Source of the DNA: an uncultured Eubacteriales bacterium
GTDB taxonomy: Bacteria > Bacillota > Clostridia > TANB77 > UBA1234
Assembly (NCBI GenBank): GCA_964394075.1
Contig: CAYMVI010000004.1
Coordinates: 28,563 to 92,562, forward strand
Reading direction: 5' to 3'
DNA: 64,000 nucleotides
A program made the position numbers and the translations under genes. A model generated the notes under the pieces. It did not search any database, was not told the DNA's origin, and saw nothing but the letters and a program-made list of their open reading frames with translations. How positions within the stretch are numbered: position 1 is the first letter of the stretch; each line of letters opens with the position of its first letter. Positions 1 to 9,488 of the stretch are shown here, piece after piece.

Positions 1-239
1 AAATATTTAACCGTGCCATCTTTTGATTTTTGGAAATCATCTATAAATATACATTCTAGTGTATAATTTGCTTTTAACTTTTCAATTAGATCTTTTGATA
101 AATCTGTCATTTCATCAAATGTATTAACGCCGCGATAAAGCCAAGCAAAAATTTGCTTAGCTCTATACTTCTTTTCTCCAAGATTTAGCATCTCTTCTTC
201 TAATTCAGTTAGTTCAAAATCTCTAATATTTTTCATCAT
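1..239 (-). CDS. rlmN: 23S rRNA (adenine2503-C2)-methyltransferase RlmN, N-terminal ~80 aa only (gene runs off window start)
   Basis: Reverse-complement of 1-239 translates to MMKNIRDFELTELEEEMLNLGEKKYRAKQIFAWLYRG..., which resembles the RlmN N-terminus; RBS AAAGGAAAA upstream; conserved rsmB-rlmN order. Confidence 0.7.
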   Translation of the reverse strand, partial: MMKNIRDFELTELEEEMLNLGEKKYRAKQIFAWLYRGVNTFDEMTDLSKDLIEKLKANYTLECIFIDDFQKSKDGTVKY

Positions 240-260
240 ATTTTCCTTTTCAGTTAGGTA

Positions 261-1538
261 TTATATTCGTTCTAACACAGCTATGAAAAATCCATCCGCT
301 CCATCTGTATGAGGAAACAAATTAATTTGTTCAATCAATTTAAAGTTGTCATGTATTCTTAAGAACTTCTCAACTTGTTCTTCGTTTTCTTGTTTTAAAA
401 CCGTGCATGTACTATAAACCATTCTTCCACCTGGTTTTAAGTAGTCAGAACATTTTTCTAAAATTTCCATTTGAATCTTTTGTAATTCTGCTATATCTTC
501 TGGTTTTCTTGTCCATTTAATATCTGGTTTCTTTCTGATAACGCCTAACCCACTGCAAGGAACATCTAACAATATCTTGTCATATCGTTTCATAAGTCCT
601 GCAGAATATGTTGTAGCATCTTTCACAGTTGCATTAATAATATTTATATCTAATTTTTTAGCAGCAGCTTCTACTAGTCTAACTCTGTGCGGATGTAAAT
701 CCCACGCATCGATATTACCAGTATTGTTCATAAGTTCTGCTAAATATGTAGTTTTTCCGCCAGGTGCACTACATGCATCTAAAACTTCATCTCCTGGTTT
801 AGGATCAAGTTTTAAACATGCAAGTTGTGCCGCTTCATCTTGTACAGAAAATAAAGTGTTGCCAAACTCAGTAAGCTTTCTTACCTTTATGCTATCCTTT
901 AATTTTCCTTTTTTACAATCAATATTTTTAAGAGACAATAATTTGAAAAGTTCATCTCGAGAAGTCTTTAAAGTATTAGCTCTTATCGTTATTTCTGGTG
1001 TTATATTATTTGCATTTAAAAGTTCTGTTACGAATTTTTTATCATATTGTTTTAACAATTCCTCAACTAACCATACAGGATGTGAAGTAACTATTGAAAT
1101 TAACTCTTCTTCTGTAAGTGGCTTTGTTGCTAAGTGTTCAAGTAATTTATCCATCTCATCTTTAGATATTTTTCTTAAGATTGCATTTACAAACTTACTT
1201 GAAACTTCATGACCATATTTTTTAGCAAGGTTAACACTTTCGTTTACTGCTGCACTTTCTGGAATTTTGTCCAAGAATACAATTTGATATATTCCTGTTC
1301 TTAATATGTTTAATATCCATGGTGAAATTTTCTTTAATCTTATACTTGAATACTTTTTTATAATTTCATCCAATGTTATTTTCCAAGTAAGTACACCATA
1401 AACAATTTCAGAAGCGAGTGCTTTATCTAAAGCACTCAACTCTGATTTGTTTAATTCTTTATCTAATTCAACATTTGAATAACCTTCGCCAAATTCAACT
1501 TTGTATAAAACATTTATTGCTAATTCTCTTGAATTCAT
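261..1538 (-). CDS. rsmB: 16S rRNA m5C967 methyltransferase RsmB (Sun family)
   Basis: NusB-like N-terminus plus SAM-MTase motifs (DACSAPGGKT, PCSGLG) in 425-aa ORF. Confidence 0.85.
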   Translation of the reverse strand: MNSRELAINVLYKVEFGEGYSNVELDKELNKSELSALDKALASEIVYGVLTWKITLDEIIKKYSSIRLKKISPWILNILRTGIYQIVFLDKIPESAAVNESVNLAKKYGHEVSSKFVNAILRKISKDEMDKLLEHLATKPLTEEELISIVTSHPVWLVEELLKQYDKKFVTELLNANNITPEITIRANTLKTSRDELFKLLSLKNIDCKKGKLKDSIKVRKLTEFGNTLFSVQDEAAQLACLKLDPKPGDEVLDACSAPGGKTTYLAELMNNTGNIDAWDLHPHRVRLVEAAAKKLDINIINATVKDATTYSAGLMKRYDKILLDVPCSGLGVIRKKPDIKWTRKPEDIAELQKIQMEILEKCSDYLKPGGRMVYSTCTVLKQENEEQVEKFLRIHDNFKLIEQINLFPHTDGADGFFIAVLERI

Positions 1539-1589
1539 TTTCTCTCCTAAATTTATAAAACTCTTTTTATCTTTTGTATGCTAAGTTAA

Positions 1590-3824
1590 TTACATATCCT
1601 TTGGTTTTTCGTCTGTCATTCCGAAGTAATACATGATTCCATCAACGATACGATCACATGAATTACCATCACCATAAGGATTTAAAGCTCTACTCATTTT
1701 CTTGTATTCTTCTTTGTCATCTAATAATTTTTGAGCTTCTTCTATGATTATCTTTTTGTCTGTTCCTACAATTTTTACAGTTCCAGCAGCAACAGCTTCT
1801 GGTCTTTCAGTTTCTGTTCTTAACACTAATACTGGTTTTCCTAATGATGGAGCTTCTTCTTGAATTCCACCAGAATCAGTTAATACCATGTAAGATCTAT
1901 TAATTAGGTTGTGTGTTGTTATAACATCAAGTGGTTCAATCAAATGAACGTTTTTAACTTCACCTAATGTCTTTGTTGCAACATCTTGTACAGCTGGATT
2001 TAAGTGCACTGGATATACAACTACAACATCTTTATTTTTCTTTGCAATTTCTTTAACAGCATTACAAATATTTTGAAGTGGTTCTCCAAGATTTTCTCTT
2101 CTATGTGCTGTCATGAAAATAATTTTCTTACTAAAGTCTAATTTTGATAGTACCGGATGAGTGAATTTATAATCATCTCTTACTGTTGTTTTTAAAGCAT
2201 CAATAACTGTATTACCAGTTGTATAAATTAAGCTTTCATCCACTAATTCTCTAAGTAGATTATTTTTGTTATTTATTGTTGGAGCAAAGTATAAGTCAGC
2301 AATCTTAGTTACTAATTGTCTGTTCATCTCCTCTGGATATGGAGAATATTTATCATAAGTTCTAAGACCAGCTTCTACGTGACCAACTTTTACTCTGTTA
2401 TAGAACGCTGCAAGCGCTGCTGAGAAAGTAGTTGTTGTATCACCATGAACTAATACGATGTCTGGTTGTTCTTTTTGAATAACTTCACAAAGTCTTTCTA
2501 ACACTTCTGCTGTTATATGCGTAAGTGTTTGTTTATCTTTCATTACATTCAAATCGTATTCAGGTTTGATTTTGAAAGCTTCTAAAACTTGATCAAGCAT
2601 TTGACGATGTTGTGCTGTAACACAAACGATTGTCTCAATGTTTTCTCTTTCTTTTAATTTAAGTGCAAGTGGGCACATTTTAATAGCTTCCGGTCTTGTA
2701 CCAAACACAAGCATAACTTTTATTTTTTCTTTCTTTTCTGCATTTCTCTTATCCATAACTACAGCTTTTCTCTTCTTGCCATTGTCTAAGTAAACAAGAA
2801 TGTCGTTTGCATTTCTAATTCCAATTACTGATAAGATAGCAAGTATAGCCATTAAAATAAGAACTTTCCAGAAGTTACTTTCTAGAATAATTACAGCCAA
2901 TATTCCAAGCAAAGCAGTTACGCCATAAAGAACTAATACAGCTTGCTTTTGTGAAAGACCAGCATCTATTAATCTGTGATGAATGTGACCTCTATCAGCT
3001 TCCATTATTGATTTGTGATGTAGCACTCTTCTGCAAATAGCAAACAATGTATCAAAAATAGGTAATCCTAGAATTACAACTGGAACTACGATTGCCATAA
3101 GTGTGTATGTTTTAGCCATACCAATCATTGAAACTGTAGCTAAAGTAAATCCTAAGAAATTCGAACCTGTATCACCCATAAATGTTTTGGCCGGGTTAAA
3201 GTTGTAAGGTAAGAATCCTACTAAACCACCAAGTAAAGCAACAGTTATTAAAAGTGGTAATTCACCAGAACCATTAAGCGCAAATACTATTGTAAGTGCT
3301 AATGTTGCAATGGCTGAAACACCAGTTGCTAAACCATCTAATCCATCAATTAGGTTTAATGCATTTGTAACACCGATAATCCAGAAGAATGTGATTATCA
3401 CCGATAATATATCGTTTAATCCATACATTGTTATAAAAGGAATATTTATATAACAAATTCTTAATCCGCTAATTATTACTAGAATAGCTGCAATAACTTG
3501 TCCTAATAATTTTTGCCAAGGTTTAATGTGATAAATATCATCTAAAAATCCTACTGCAGCAACTATTGCTGAACCAATAAAGAATCCAACTAAATTAACA
3601 GATGTATCAACTTTAACTGTTAATAAAGAAAATATAATTGCTACGAAGAAACCTAATATAAATGAAAGTCCGCCAATTCTAGGCATTGGCTTAGCATGAA
3701 TCTTTCTTTCATCTTTTGGAACGTCTACTGCTCCCACTTTAAACGCAAACTTTATCATTAGCGGTGCAACGATCATTGATGTAATAGCTGCTAATATAAA
3801 AGCTATCATTGTGTTTATTATCAT
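1590..3824 (-). CDS. Fusion protein: N-terminal polyprenyl-phosphate GlcNAc-1-phosphate transferase (TagO/WecA, MraY-like GT4) + C-terminal UDP-N-acetylglucosamine 2-epimerase (MnaA/WecB)
   Basis: First ~340 aa polytopic membrane with MraY/WecA-like motifs (DDxxD-like, NALNLIDGLDGLA); C-terminal ~380 aa KVMLVFGTRPEAIKM...HVEAGLRT...epimerase motifs. Confidence 0.8.
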   Translation of the reverse strand: MIINTMIAFILAAITSMIVAPLMIKFAFKVGAVDVPKDERKIHAKPMPRIGGLSFILGFFVAIIFSLLTVKVDTSVNLVGFFIGSAIVAAVGFLDDIYHIKPWQKLLGQVIAAILVIISGLRICYINIPFITMYGLNDILSVIITFFWIIGVTNALNLIDGLDGLATGVSAIATLALTIVFALNGSGELPLLITVALLGGLVGFLPYNFNPAKTFMGDTGSNFLGFTLATVSMIGMAKTYTLMAIVVPVVILGLPIFDTLFAICRRVLHHKSIMEADRGHIHHRLIDAGLSQKQAVLVLYGVTALLGILAVIILESNFWKVLILMAILAILSVIGIRNANDILVYLDNGKKRKAVVMDKRNAEKKEKIKVMLVFGTRPEAIKMCPLALKLKERENIETIVCVTAQHRQMLDQVLEAFKIKPEYDLNVMKDKQTLTHITAEVLERLCEVIQKEQPDIVLVHGDTTTTFSAALAAFYNRVKVGHVEAGLRTYDKYSPYPEEMNRQLVTKIADLYFAPTINNKNNLLRELVDESLIYTTGNTVIDALKTTVRDDYKFTHPVLSKLDFSKKIIFMTAHRRENLGEPLQNICNAVKEIAKKNKDVVVVYPVHLNPAVQDVATKTLGEVKNVHLIEPLDVITTHNLINRSYMVLTDSGGIQEEAPSLGKPVLVLRTETERPEAVAAGTVKIVGTDKKIIIEEAQKLLDDKEEYKKMSRALNPYGDGNSCDRIVDGIMYYFGMTDEKPKDM

Positions 3825-3832
3825 AATATTTT

Positions 3833-4750
3833 TTACTTCCTTTCAAGTTCATATTTTTGAACTATATCTAATCTCTCTTGGTAAATACCATCTAAGAATT
3901 TAGCACTTTTCCATAGTTCAATTAATTTAATTGCTTGTTCTAGATTTATATAATCAGCACCTAAAGTTATTACATTGGCATTATTGTGCTCTTTAGCAGA
4001 CTTTGCTGTTTCTTCGTTATAGCAAAGTGCACATCTTACACCATTAACTTTATTAGCTGCTATTGCCATACCTATTCCGCTTCTGCAGATTAAAATTCCT
4101 GCATCCACTTCACCTTTGGCTACTGCTTCACCAACAGCAACTGCTGTTTGTGGCTCATCGATACCTCTTACATCATTGTAAGCACCGAAATCTTTTAATT
4201 CATCTTTGTAATATGCTCTAAGTTGTTCTTTTAAAGCAAATCCACCATGATCTGAACCTATCGCTATCATTAGTTTTCTCCCTTCAGTTTTCTCTAGTTT
4301 ATCCATAAGTAGTTCTACCAATTCTTTAATATTCTCAGCACATGCTTCATATTCAGCTTCATCGCCGCCGAATGGATCGACCACATCACCTTCTTTTCCA
4401 AGATAATGAGTTAATGTGTCTACATGAGCTTTTGGTATATCTATTTGATTTAATACATTCTTCATAGAAGCTTGCATACACAAAATGATATCTGCATCTT
4501 TTATGCTGTCATAATTAATGTTCTTTGGTTTGTAATCTTCTATATCAATTCCATATTTTTCCTTCATTACTTTTATCGTATTTGAAGAAGGTTTTCTTGA
4601 GTCCAAAGTAACATATAAACCTACGGAATCAGCACTTAGCTCTCTTTCCAGTCCTTTTTCGCAAGCAAGCTTGTTGAATAGCGCTTGAGCCATTGGACTT
4701 CTGCACGTATTTCCTGTGCAAACAAACAAAATTTTCTTCAAAAAAATCAC
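3833..4750 (-). CDS. Fusion: low-molecular-weight protein Tyr/Arg phosphatase (YwlE-like) + ribose-5-phosphate isomerase B (RpiB/LacAB)
   Basis: N-term CTGNTCRSPMA P-loop of LMW-PTP; C-term MIAIGSDHGGF...RSGIGMAIAANK RpiB motifs; 305 aa. Confidence 0.8.
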   Translation of the reverse strand: MIFLKKILFVCTGNTCRSPMAQALFNKLACEKGLERELSADSVGLYVTLDSRKPSSNTIKVMKEKYGIDIEDYKPKNINYDSIKDADIILCMQASMKNVLNQIDIPKAHVDTLTHYLGKEGDVVDPFGGDEAEYEACAENIKELVELLMDKLEKTEGRKLMIAIGSDHGGFALKEQLRAYYKDELKDFGAYNDVRGIDEPQTAVAVGEAVAKGEVDAGILICRSGIGMAIAANKVNGVRCALCYNEETAKSAKEHNNANVITLGADYINLEQAIKLIELWKSAKFLDGIYQERLDIVQKYELERK

Positions 4751-4843
4751 CTCAAATCCATACTCCCCTAATTATACAACAAATCTTAAAATTTGCAATA
4801 AAACCATCAAAAGTTAACAACTTCCTACTTATATTAGTATGAT

Positions 4844-4872
4844 TTGCAATTTTTGCCAAATTAATGTATAAT
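4844..4872 (+). promoter_or_regulatory. sigma-A-type promoter for tagA-tsaC (TTGCAA-17-TATAAT)
   Basis: -35 TTGCAA 4844-4849, 17-bp spacer, -10 TATAAT 4867-4872; RBS AAAGGAGG before ATG 4905. Confidence 0.5.
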
Positions 4873-4904
4873 GTCGATGTTTTAAGAAACAAAGGAGGAT
4901 TTAT

Positions 4905-5630
4905 ATGGATAGAGTATTTGTTTTAGGCGTAGGCTTTGATAACGTAAATATGGCTGAAGCCGTTGATAAATGTATGGATTTCATAAAAGGAGAAAACGCT
5001 AATTTAATTGTTACTCCAAACCCTGAAATTGTAATGAAAGCTAAAGATGATCCAGAATTTAAGGATATTATAAATAATGCCGCACTAGTTATTCCTGATG
5101 GAATCGGTGTAGTAAAAGGTGCTAAAATCCTAGGGACACCGCTAAAAGAGCGCGTTGCTGGATATGATTTAATTTGTGAACTTTTAGAAAAAGGGCAAGA
5201 TGGTTCTATATCATTCTACTTCTGGGGTGGAAAACCTGGTGTTGCAGACAAAGCAAAAGCTAATTTAGAAGAAAAATATCCTAACATCAAGATATTAGGA
5301 ACTCACGATGGATATTTCAACGATGATCAAGAGAAAGAAATCATTGCTGAAATAAAAGAGTTAAAGCCAGATGTTGTGCTTTGTGGCTGTGGTTTTCCAA
5401 AACAAGAAAAATTAATAAACAAATATTTGAACGAAAAAGCATATAAAATCGGAATTGGTTGCGGCGGAAGCCTAGACGTTCTAGCTGGTGAAGTAAAACG
5501 TGCTCCAAAGCTATTTATTAAACTTCACTTAGAATGGTTCTATAGACTTTTAAAGCAACCTTCAAGAATCGGAAGAATGATGGTTTTACCAAAGTTCATT
5601 ATTGAAGTAAAGAAAGAAGCGAAAAAGTAA
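4905..5630 (+). CDS. tagA: WecB/TagA/CpsF-family N-acetylmannosaminyltransferase (TagA)
   Basis: 241 aa, typical TagA family size and motifs (VTPNPEI, VIPDGIGVV, GCG). Confidence 0.8.
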   Translation: MDRVFVLGVGFDNVNMAEAVDKCMDFIKGENANLIVTPNPEIVMKAKDDPEFKDIINNAALVIPDGIGVVKGAKILGTPLKERVAGYDLICELLEKGQDGSISFYFWGGKPGVADKAKANLEEKYPNIKILGTHDGYFNDDQEKEIIAEIKELKPDVVLCGCGFPKQEKLINKYLNEKAYKIGIGCGGSLDVLAGEVKRAPKLFIKLHLEWFYRLLKQPSRIGRMMVLPKFIIEVKKEAKK

Positions 5631-6668
5631 TTGGAGAAGTATTTAGATTTAAGAAATTCAACTGAACTACATAGCATCGAGGCCGCCGCTAATGTAATTA
5701 AAAGCGGTGGCTTAGTTTTGTTTCCAACAGAAACTGTGTATGGCTTAGGAGCTAACGGATTAGATGAAAATGCTGTAAAAAACATCTTCGTTGCAAAAGG
5801 ACGTAAACAAGATAATCCGCTTATATTGCATGTTTCATCTTTTGAAATGGTTGATGAAATAGCACAAAATATTTCTGATATCGAAAGAAAACTTATGGAT
5901 GCATTTTGGCCAGGACCGTTCACCATAGTTTTAGATAAAAAAGACATCGTTCCAACTTGTGTAACAGGCGGTTTAGATACCGTTGGTGTTAGGATGCCAA
6001 GTAACAAAATAGCTCACGAATTAATTAAATTATCTAATCTTCCTATCGCAGCACCAAGTGCAAATATTTCTGGCAAACCAAGTGGAACTAACCTGCAAGA
6101 TATTTTCGGCGAACTTGCTGATAAAGTTGATTTCATAATTGACGGCGGCGAATGCAAAGTCGGCGTTGAATCAACTGTAGTTCGAGTTGTTAATAATATT
6201 CCTGTTATTCTAAGACCAGGAGGAATCACACCAGAAATGATTCAAGAAATTGTTGGCGTGGTTGAAGTCGATAAGCACATCCTTGGCAAAATTGAAGAAG
6301 GTGAAAAAGTAATGTCGCCCGGTATGAAGTATCGCCACTACGCTCCAAACAGCAAATGCATTTTAGTATACAGCGAAGAAAACGATAAACTTGTGAACAA
6401 AATAAAAGAGATAACAAGCGAATACAAAAATCCACTTATTATCTCTTCTACCGAAAACAAAAGTTTGTATAACATTCAAAATGTGCTTGATATGGGTTCT
6501 AAAAATAATCTATCTGAAATCGCTCAAAACATTTTCACGATTCTTCGAAAGGTTGATTCTTACAACCCAGATATCGTTGTAATCGAAGGTGTTCCAAACG
6601 ATGATATCGGTCTTGCTATAATGAATCGTTTGATTAGAGCCTGCGAATATAATTTACAAATTGTCTAA
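5631..6668 (+). CDS. tsaC: L-threonylcarbamoyladenylate synthase TsaC/Sua5 (YwlC), long form with Sua5 C-domain
   Basis: LVLFPTETVYGLGANGLDENAVKNIFVAKGRKQDNPLILHVSS YrdC motif; TTG start abutting tagA stop. Confidence 0.8.
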   Translation: MEKYLDLRNSTELHSIEAAANVIKSGGLVLFPTETVYGLGANGLDENAVKNIFVAKGRKQDNPLILHVSSFEMVDEIAQNISDIERKLMDAFWPGPFTIVLDKKDIVPTCVTGGLDTVGVRMPSNKIAHELIKLSNLPIAAPSANISGKPSGTNLQDIFGELADKVDFIIDGGECKVGVESTVVRVVNNIPVILRPGGITPEMIQEIVGVVEVDKHILGKIEEGEKVMSPGMKYRHYAPNSKCILVYSEENDKLVNKIKEITSEYKNPLIISSTENKSLYNIQNVLDMGSKNNLSEIAQNIFTILRKVDSYNPDIVVIEGVPNDDIGLAIMNRLIRACEYNLQIV

Positions 6669-7229
6669 TTGATTTTTTAAATCCATCAGCGCGAGATATC
6701 TTGCGCTGATTTTATTTTTTTCTTCACCAGACATCTCAGCCAAGGTTACACCACTTTCTGTTTCAAAAATCTCATCAAAGCCAAAGCCATTGTCTCCTCT
6801 TCTGCTTGTCGAGATTTTTCCTCTTAGTATGCCTTCTCCCACAATTGTGTTTGTTCCGTCATAATAAGCCATCGAGCACATTACTTTCGCAGCTCTTTGA
6901 TTGCCATCGTAAGCAGTCATTTTGTCGATGATTGCTTCGTTTCTTTGTTCATCATTAGCATCGTCGCCCAAAAATCTGTGTGTGAATACGCCAGGCCAAC
7001 CGCTTAATACATCAATGCATAAGCCCGAATCATCAGCGATAACTGGAACTTTTGCAATTTCATAAATCTCGCGTGCTTTTTTAATAGCATTGCCTGCAAA
7101 TGTGTCAGCGTTCTCTTCAACGTCTACGAAAATTTCTTTTTCTTTCAAACTGAAAACTTGATAATTAGCAAATATGCTTTTAATTTCAGCAATTTTGCCA
7201 GGATTATTTGTTGCTAAAAGTAAAACCAT
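6654..7229 (-). CDS. rdgB: dITP/XTP pyrophosphatase (RdgB/Ham1 family)
   Basis: MVLLLATNNPGKIAEIK...SGWPGVFTHRF Ham1 motifs; ATG 7229 with AAAGGAG RBS (ORF-track GTG start 7247 overlaps the RBS). Confidence 0.8.
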   Translation of the reverse strand: MVLLLATNNPGKIAEIKSIFANYQVFSLKEKEIFVDVEENADTFAGNAIKKAREIYEIAKVPVIADDSGLCIDVLSGWPGVFTHRFLGDDANDEQRNEAIIDKMTAYDGNQRAAKVMCSMAYYDGTNTIVGEGILRGKISTSRRGDNGFGFDEIFETESGVTLAEMSGEEKNKISARYLALMDLKNQLDNL

Positions 7230-7321
7230 TTTAGTGCTCCTTTCCACTTACAATATTTCTGCCACAAGTATATTAACGCAGGATTCCAATTTTATCAATA
7301 GTCAATTTACTTTTCACAATT

Positions 7322-9166
7322 CTAAAGTAACACACCTACCCAATTCACAATTCCACAAACTATTACTCCGCATATCGTCGGTAATACAATTGCAAGCATT
7401 GTCCACTTCACACTTTTCGTTTCTTTGTAAATAGTAAGACATGTTGTAGAACACGGCCAATGCATTAGTGAGAAAAGAATTGTGCATACTGCTGTTTTTA
7501 TTGTCCAACCATTCACAAGTAATATTTCTTTAGTTTGAATCAGATCCATTCCATCACTTAAAACTCCTGACGAACTATACAGCATTAATGCTATTGGTAA
7601 TACAATTTCATTTGCCGGAAATCCTAAAATAAATGCCATTAAGATTACACCATCTAATCCAATTAATTGTGCAAATGGATTCAAAAAATTTGTGCAGTAA
7701 TTCAAAATACTCATCTCATTTATTTGTACATTTGATAGTAACCAGATAATAATTCCTGCAGGCAATGCAATTACTATTGCACGAAATAACACTTGAAGCG
7801 TTCTATCAAAAATTGATCTTACAATTACCTCTCCCACTTTCGGTTTTCTATATGGCGGAAGTTCTAAAACAAACGAAGACTGTTCACCTTTTAAAATTGT
7901 TTTTGACAACAACTTTGAGACAATCAAAGTCATGGCAACACCAATAAAAATTACTATACAAAAGATTATTACCCCTGTGAAGACACTGGCCCTATTACTT
8001 ACTGTCGCTAAGAACATTGTAATAATTGCTATTATTGTTGGAAACCTTCCGTTGCAGGGGACAAAAGAATTCGTAAGAATCGCTAACAACCTTTCTCTTG
8101 GCGAATCAATTATTCTAGCGCCAGTTACTCCACACGCATTACATCCAAATCCCATACACATTGTTAAAGATTGTTTACCACATGCACCACATCTTTTTAA
8201 GACACCATCCATATTAAAAGCTATTCGCGGTAGCACACCTAAATCTTCTAAAATTGTAAATAGCGGAAAAAATATTGCCATCGGCGGAAGCATAACTGCA
8301 ATTACCCAAGTTAAAACTTTATATCCGCCATCAACTAGAAGTCCTACCCAAAATTCTGTAGCGCCCCAATCAAGCAAAACATTTTTTATTTGTTCACCCA
8401 CAAAATTGAATGCCATGAATAACAATTCTGACGGATAATTTGCAAACCTTATCGTTATAAAAAATATAATCATCAAAAGCAAAAACATTGCTGGTATAGC
8501 AGTATATTTATTTGTTAATACTTTATCTATTTTTCTTTCTTTTGCAGTATAGTCTTTGTCATTAAAGATCACCGCATCTTTGCAAACTAATTCTGACCAT
8601 TTGATATATTCTTCTGTTTTATTTTCCTCTTCTTTTATCTCTGTATTCTTGGTTATACGCTCCTTTTTCGACGTTTCAACAATTGTCTTTACAACACTAT
8701 CTAAACCATCTTTATTTCGCGCACAAATAGGTAAAAATGGAATCTTTAATCTTTTAGAAAGTAGTTTGTAGTCTATAGAAATATTTTTCTTTTTTGCCTC
8801 ATCTATCAGATTTACACACACTATAACATTCGATGTGACATCTAAAACTTGCAAAAGTAAATTCATGTTTCTTTCAAGACAAACTGCATCACAAACAACA
8901 AGTGCAACATCATAAATTTCATCACATAAGAAATCTCTTGTTACTTCTTCCTCTTTCGATCTTGAAAACAAAGAATATGTACCAGGCAAATCATAAATTT
9001 CTATCGTTTGATTTTTATATTGAATTTCTCCTTTTGCACTTTCAACTGTTTTTCCTGCCCAATTTCCAGTATGTTGTTTCATTCCTGTTAAAGCATTAAA
9101 AACAGTGCTTTTACCAACATTAGGATTACCGACCAAAGCAACTTTTATCAAATCTTTACTCATCAC
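7322..9166 (-). CDS. feoB: Ferrous iron transporter FeoB
   Basis: N-terminal G-domain VALVGNPNVGKSTVFNALTG plus polytopic C-terminal permease, 614 aa. Confidence 0.9.
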   Translation of the reverse strand: MMSKDLIKVALVGNPNVGKSTVFNALTGMKQHTGNWAGKTVESAKGEIQYKNQTIEIYDLPGTYSLFSRSKEEEVTRDFLCDEIYDVALVVCDAVCLERNMNLLLQVLDVTSNVIVCVNLIDEAKKKNISIDYKLLSKRLKIPFLPICARNKDGLDSVVKTIVETSKKERITKNTEIKEEENKTEEYIKWSELVCKDAVIFNDKDYTAKERKIDKVLTNKYTAIPAMFLLLMIIFFITIRFANYPSELLFMAFNFVGEQIKNVLLDWGATEFWVGLLVDGGYKVLTWVIAVMLPPMAIFFPLFTILEDLGVLPRIAFNMDGVLKRCGACGKQSLTMCMGFGCNACGVTGARIIDSPRERLLAILTNSFVPCNGRFPTIIAIITMFLATVSNRASVFTGVIIFCIVIFIGVAMTLIVSKLLSKTILKGEQSSFVLELPPYRKPKVGEVIVRSIFDRTLQVLFRAIVIALPAGIIIWLLSNVQINEMSILNYCTNFLNPFAQLIGLDGVILMAFILGFPANEIVLPIALMLYSSSGVLSDGMDLIQTKEILLVNGWTIKTAVCTILFSLMHWPCSTTCLTIYKETKSVKWTMLAIVLPTICGVIVCGIVNWVGVLL

Positions 9167-9395
9167 ACATCACATCTCTTTCAACGTGAATATATGACGC
9201 ATCTTCATCTCTAATAGCAATAAGTGCACCTCTAATAAAATATGCTTTTATTTTTCCAAACGAACTTTTCAATACACATTCAATTTTAGTACCAACTACA
9301 ATTCCCAAATCTATAAAACGTTGATATAAATTAGCAGTTTTATCAACCTCTATAACTTTCACTTTTTCTCCAACGCACAAATTTTCCAAAGTCAT
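9156..9395 (-). CDS. feoA: FeoA
   Basis: 79-aa SH3-like FeoA domain, overlaps feoB start. Confidence 0.8.
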   Translation of the reverse strand: MTLENLCVGEKVKVIEVDKTANLYQRFIDLGIVVGTKIECVLKSSFGKIKAYFIRGALIAIRDEDASYIHVERDVMCDE

Positions 9396-9454
9396 ATAAA
9401 CACATCCTAAAACATATTTGCTTTATACTATGATTATTCTTTCAAATTTGTGCA

Positions 9455-9482
9455 TAAAAAAACTCTCCCAAATTGGGAGAGT
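9455..9482 (-). terminator. Intrinsic terminator downstream of lon-like gene
   Basis: CTCTCCC-AAATT-GGGAGAG hairpin with T-run on minus strand. Confidence 0.6.
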
Positions 9483-9488
9483 CACTTA

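Noticed and set aside
577-1212. 211-aa ORF on + strand inside rsmB
   Set aside because: Antisense to a well-supported RsmB CDS; low-complexity Ser/Leu-rich translation; no RBS
5540-6435. Several 60-155-aa ORFs antisense to tagA/tsaC (5540-6007, 6014-6229, 6226-6435)
   Set aside because: Shadow ORFs of strongly supported genes on the opposite strand
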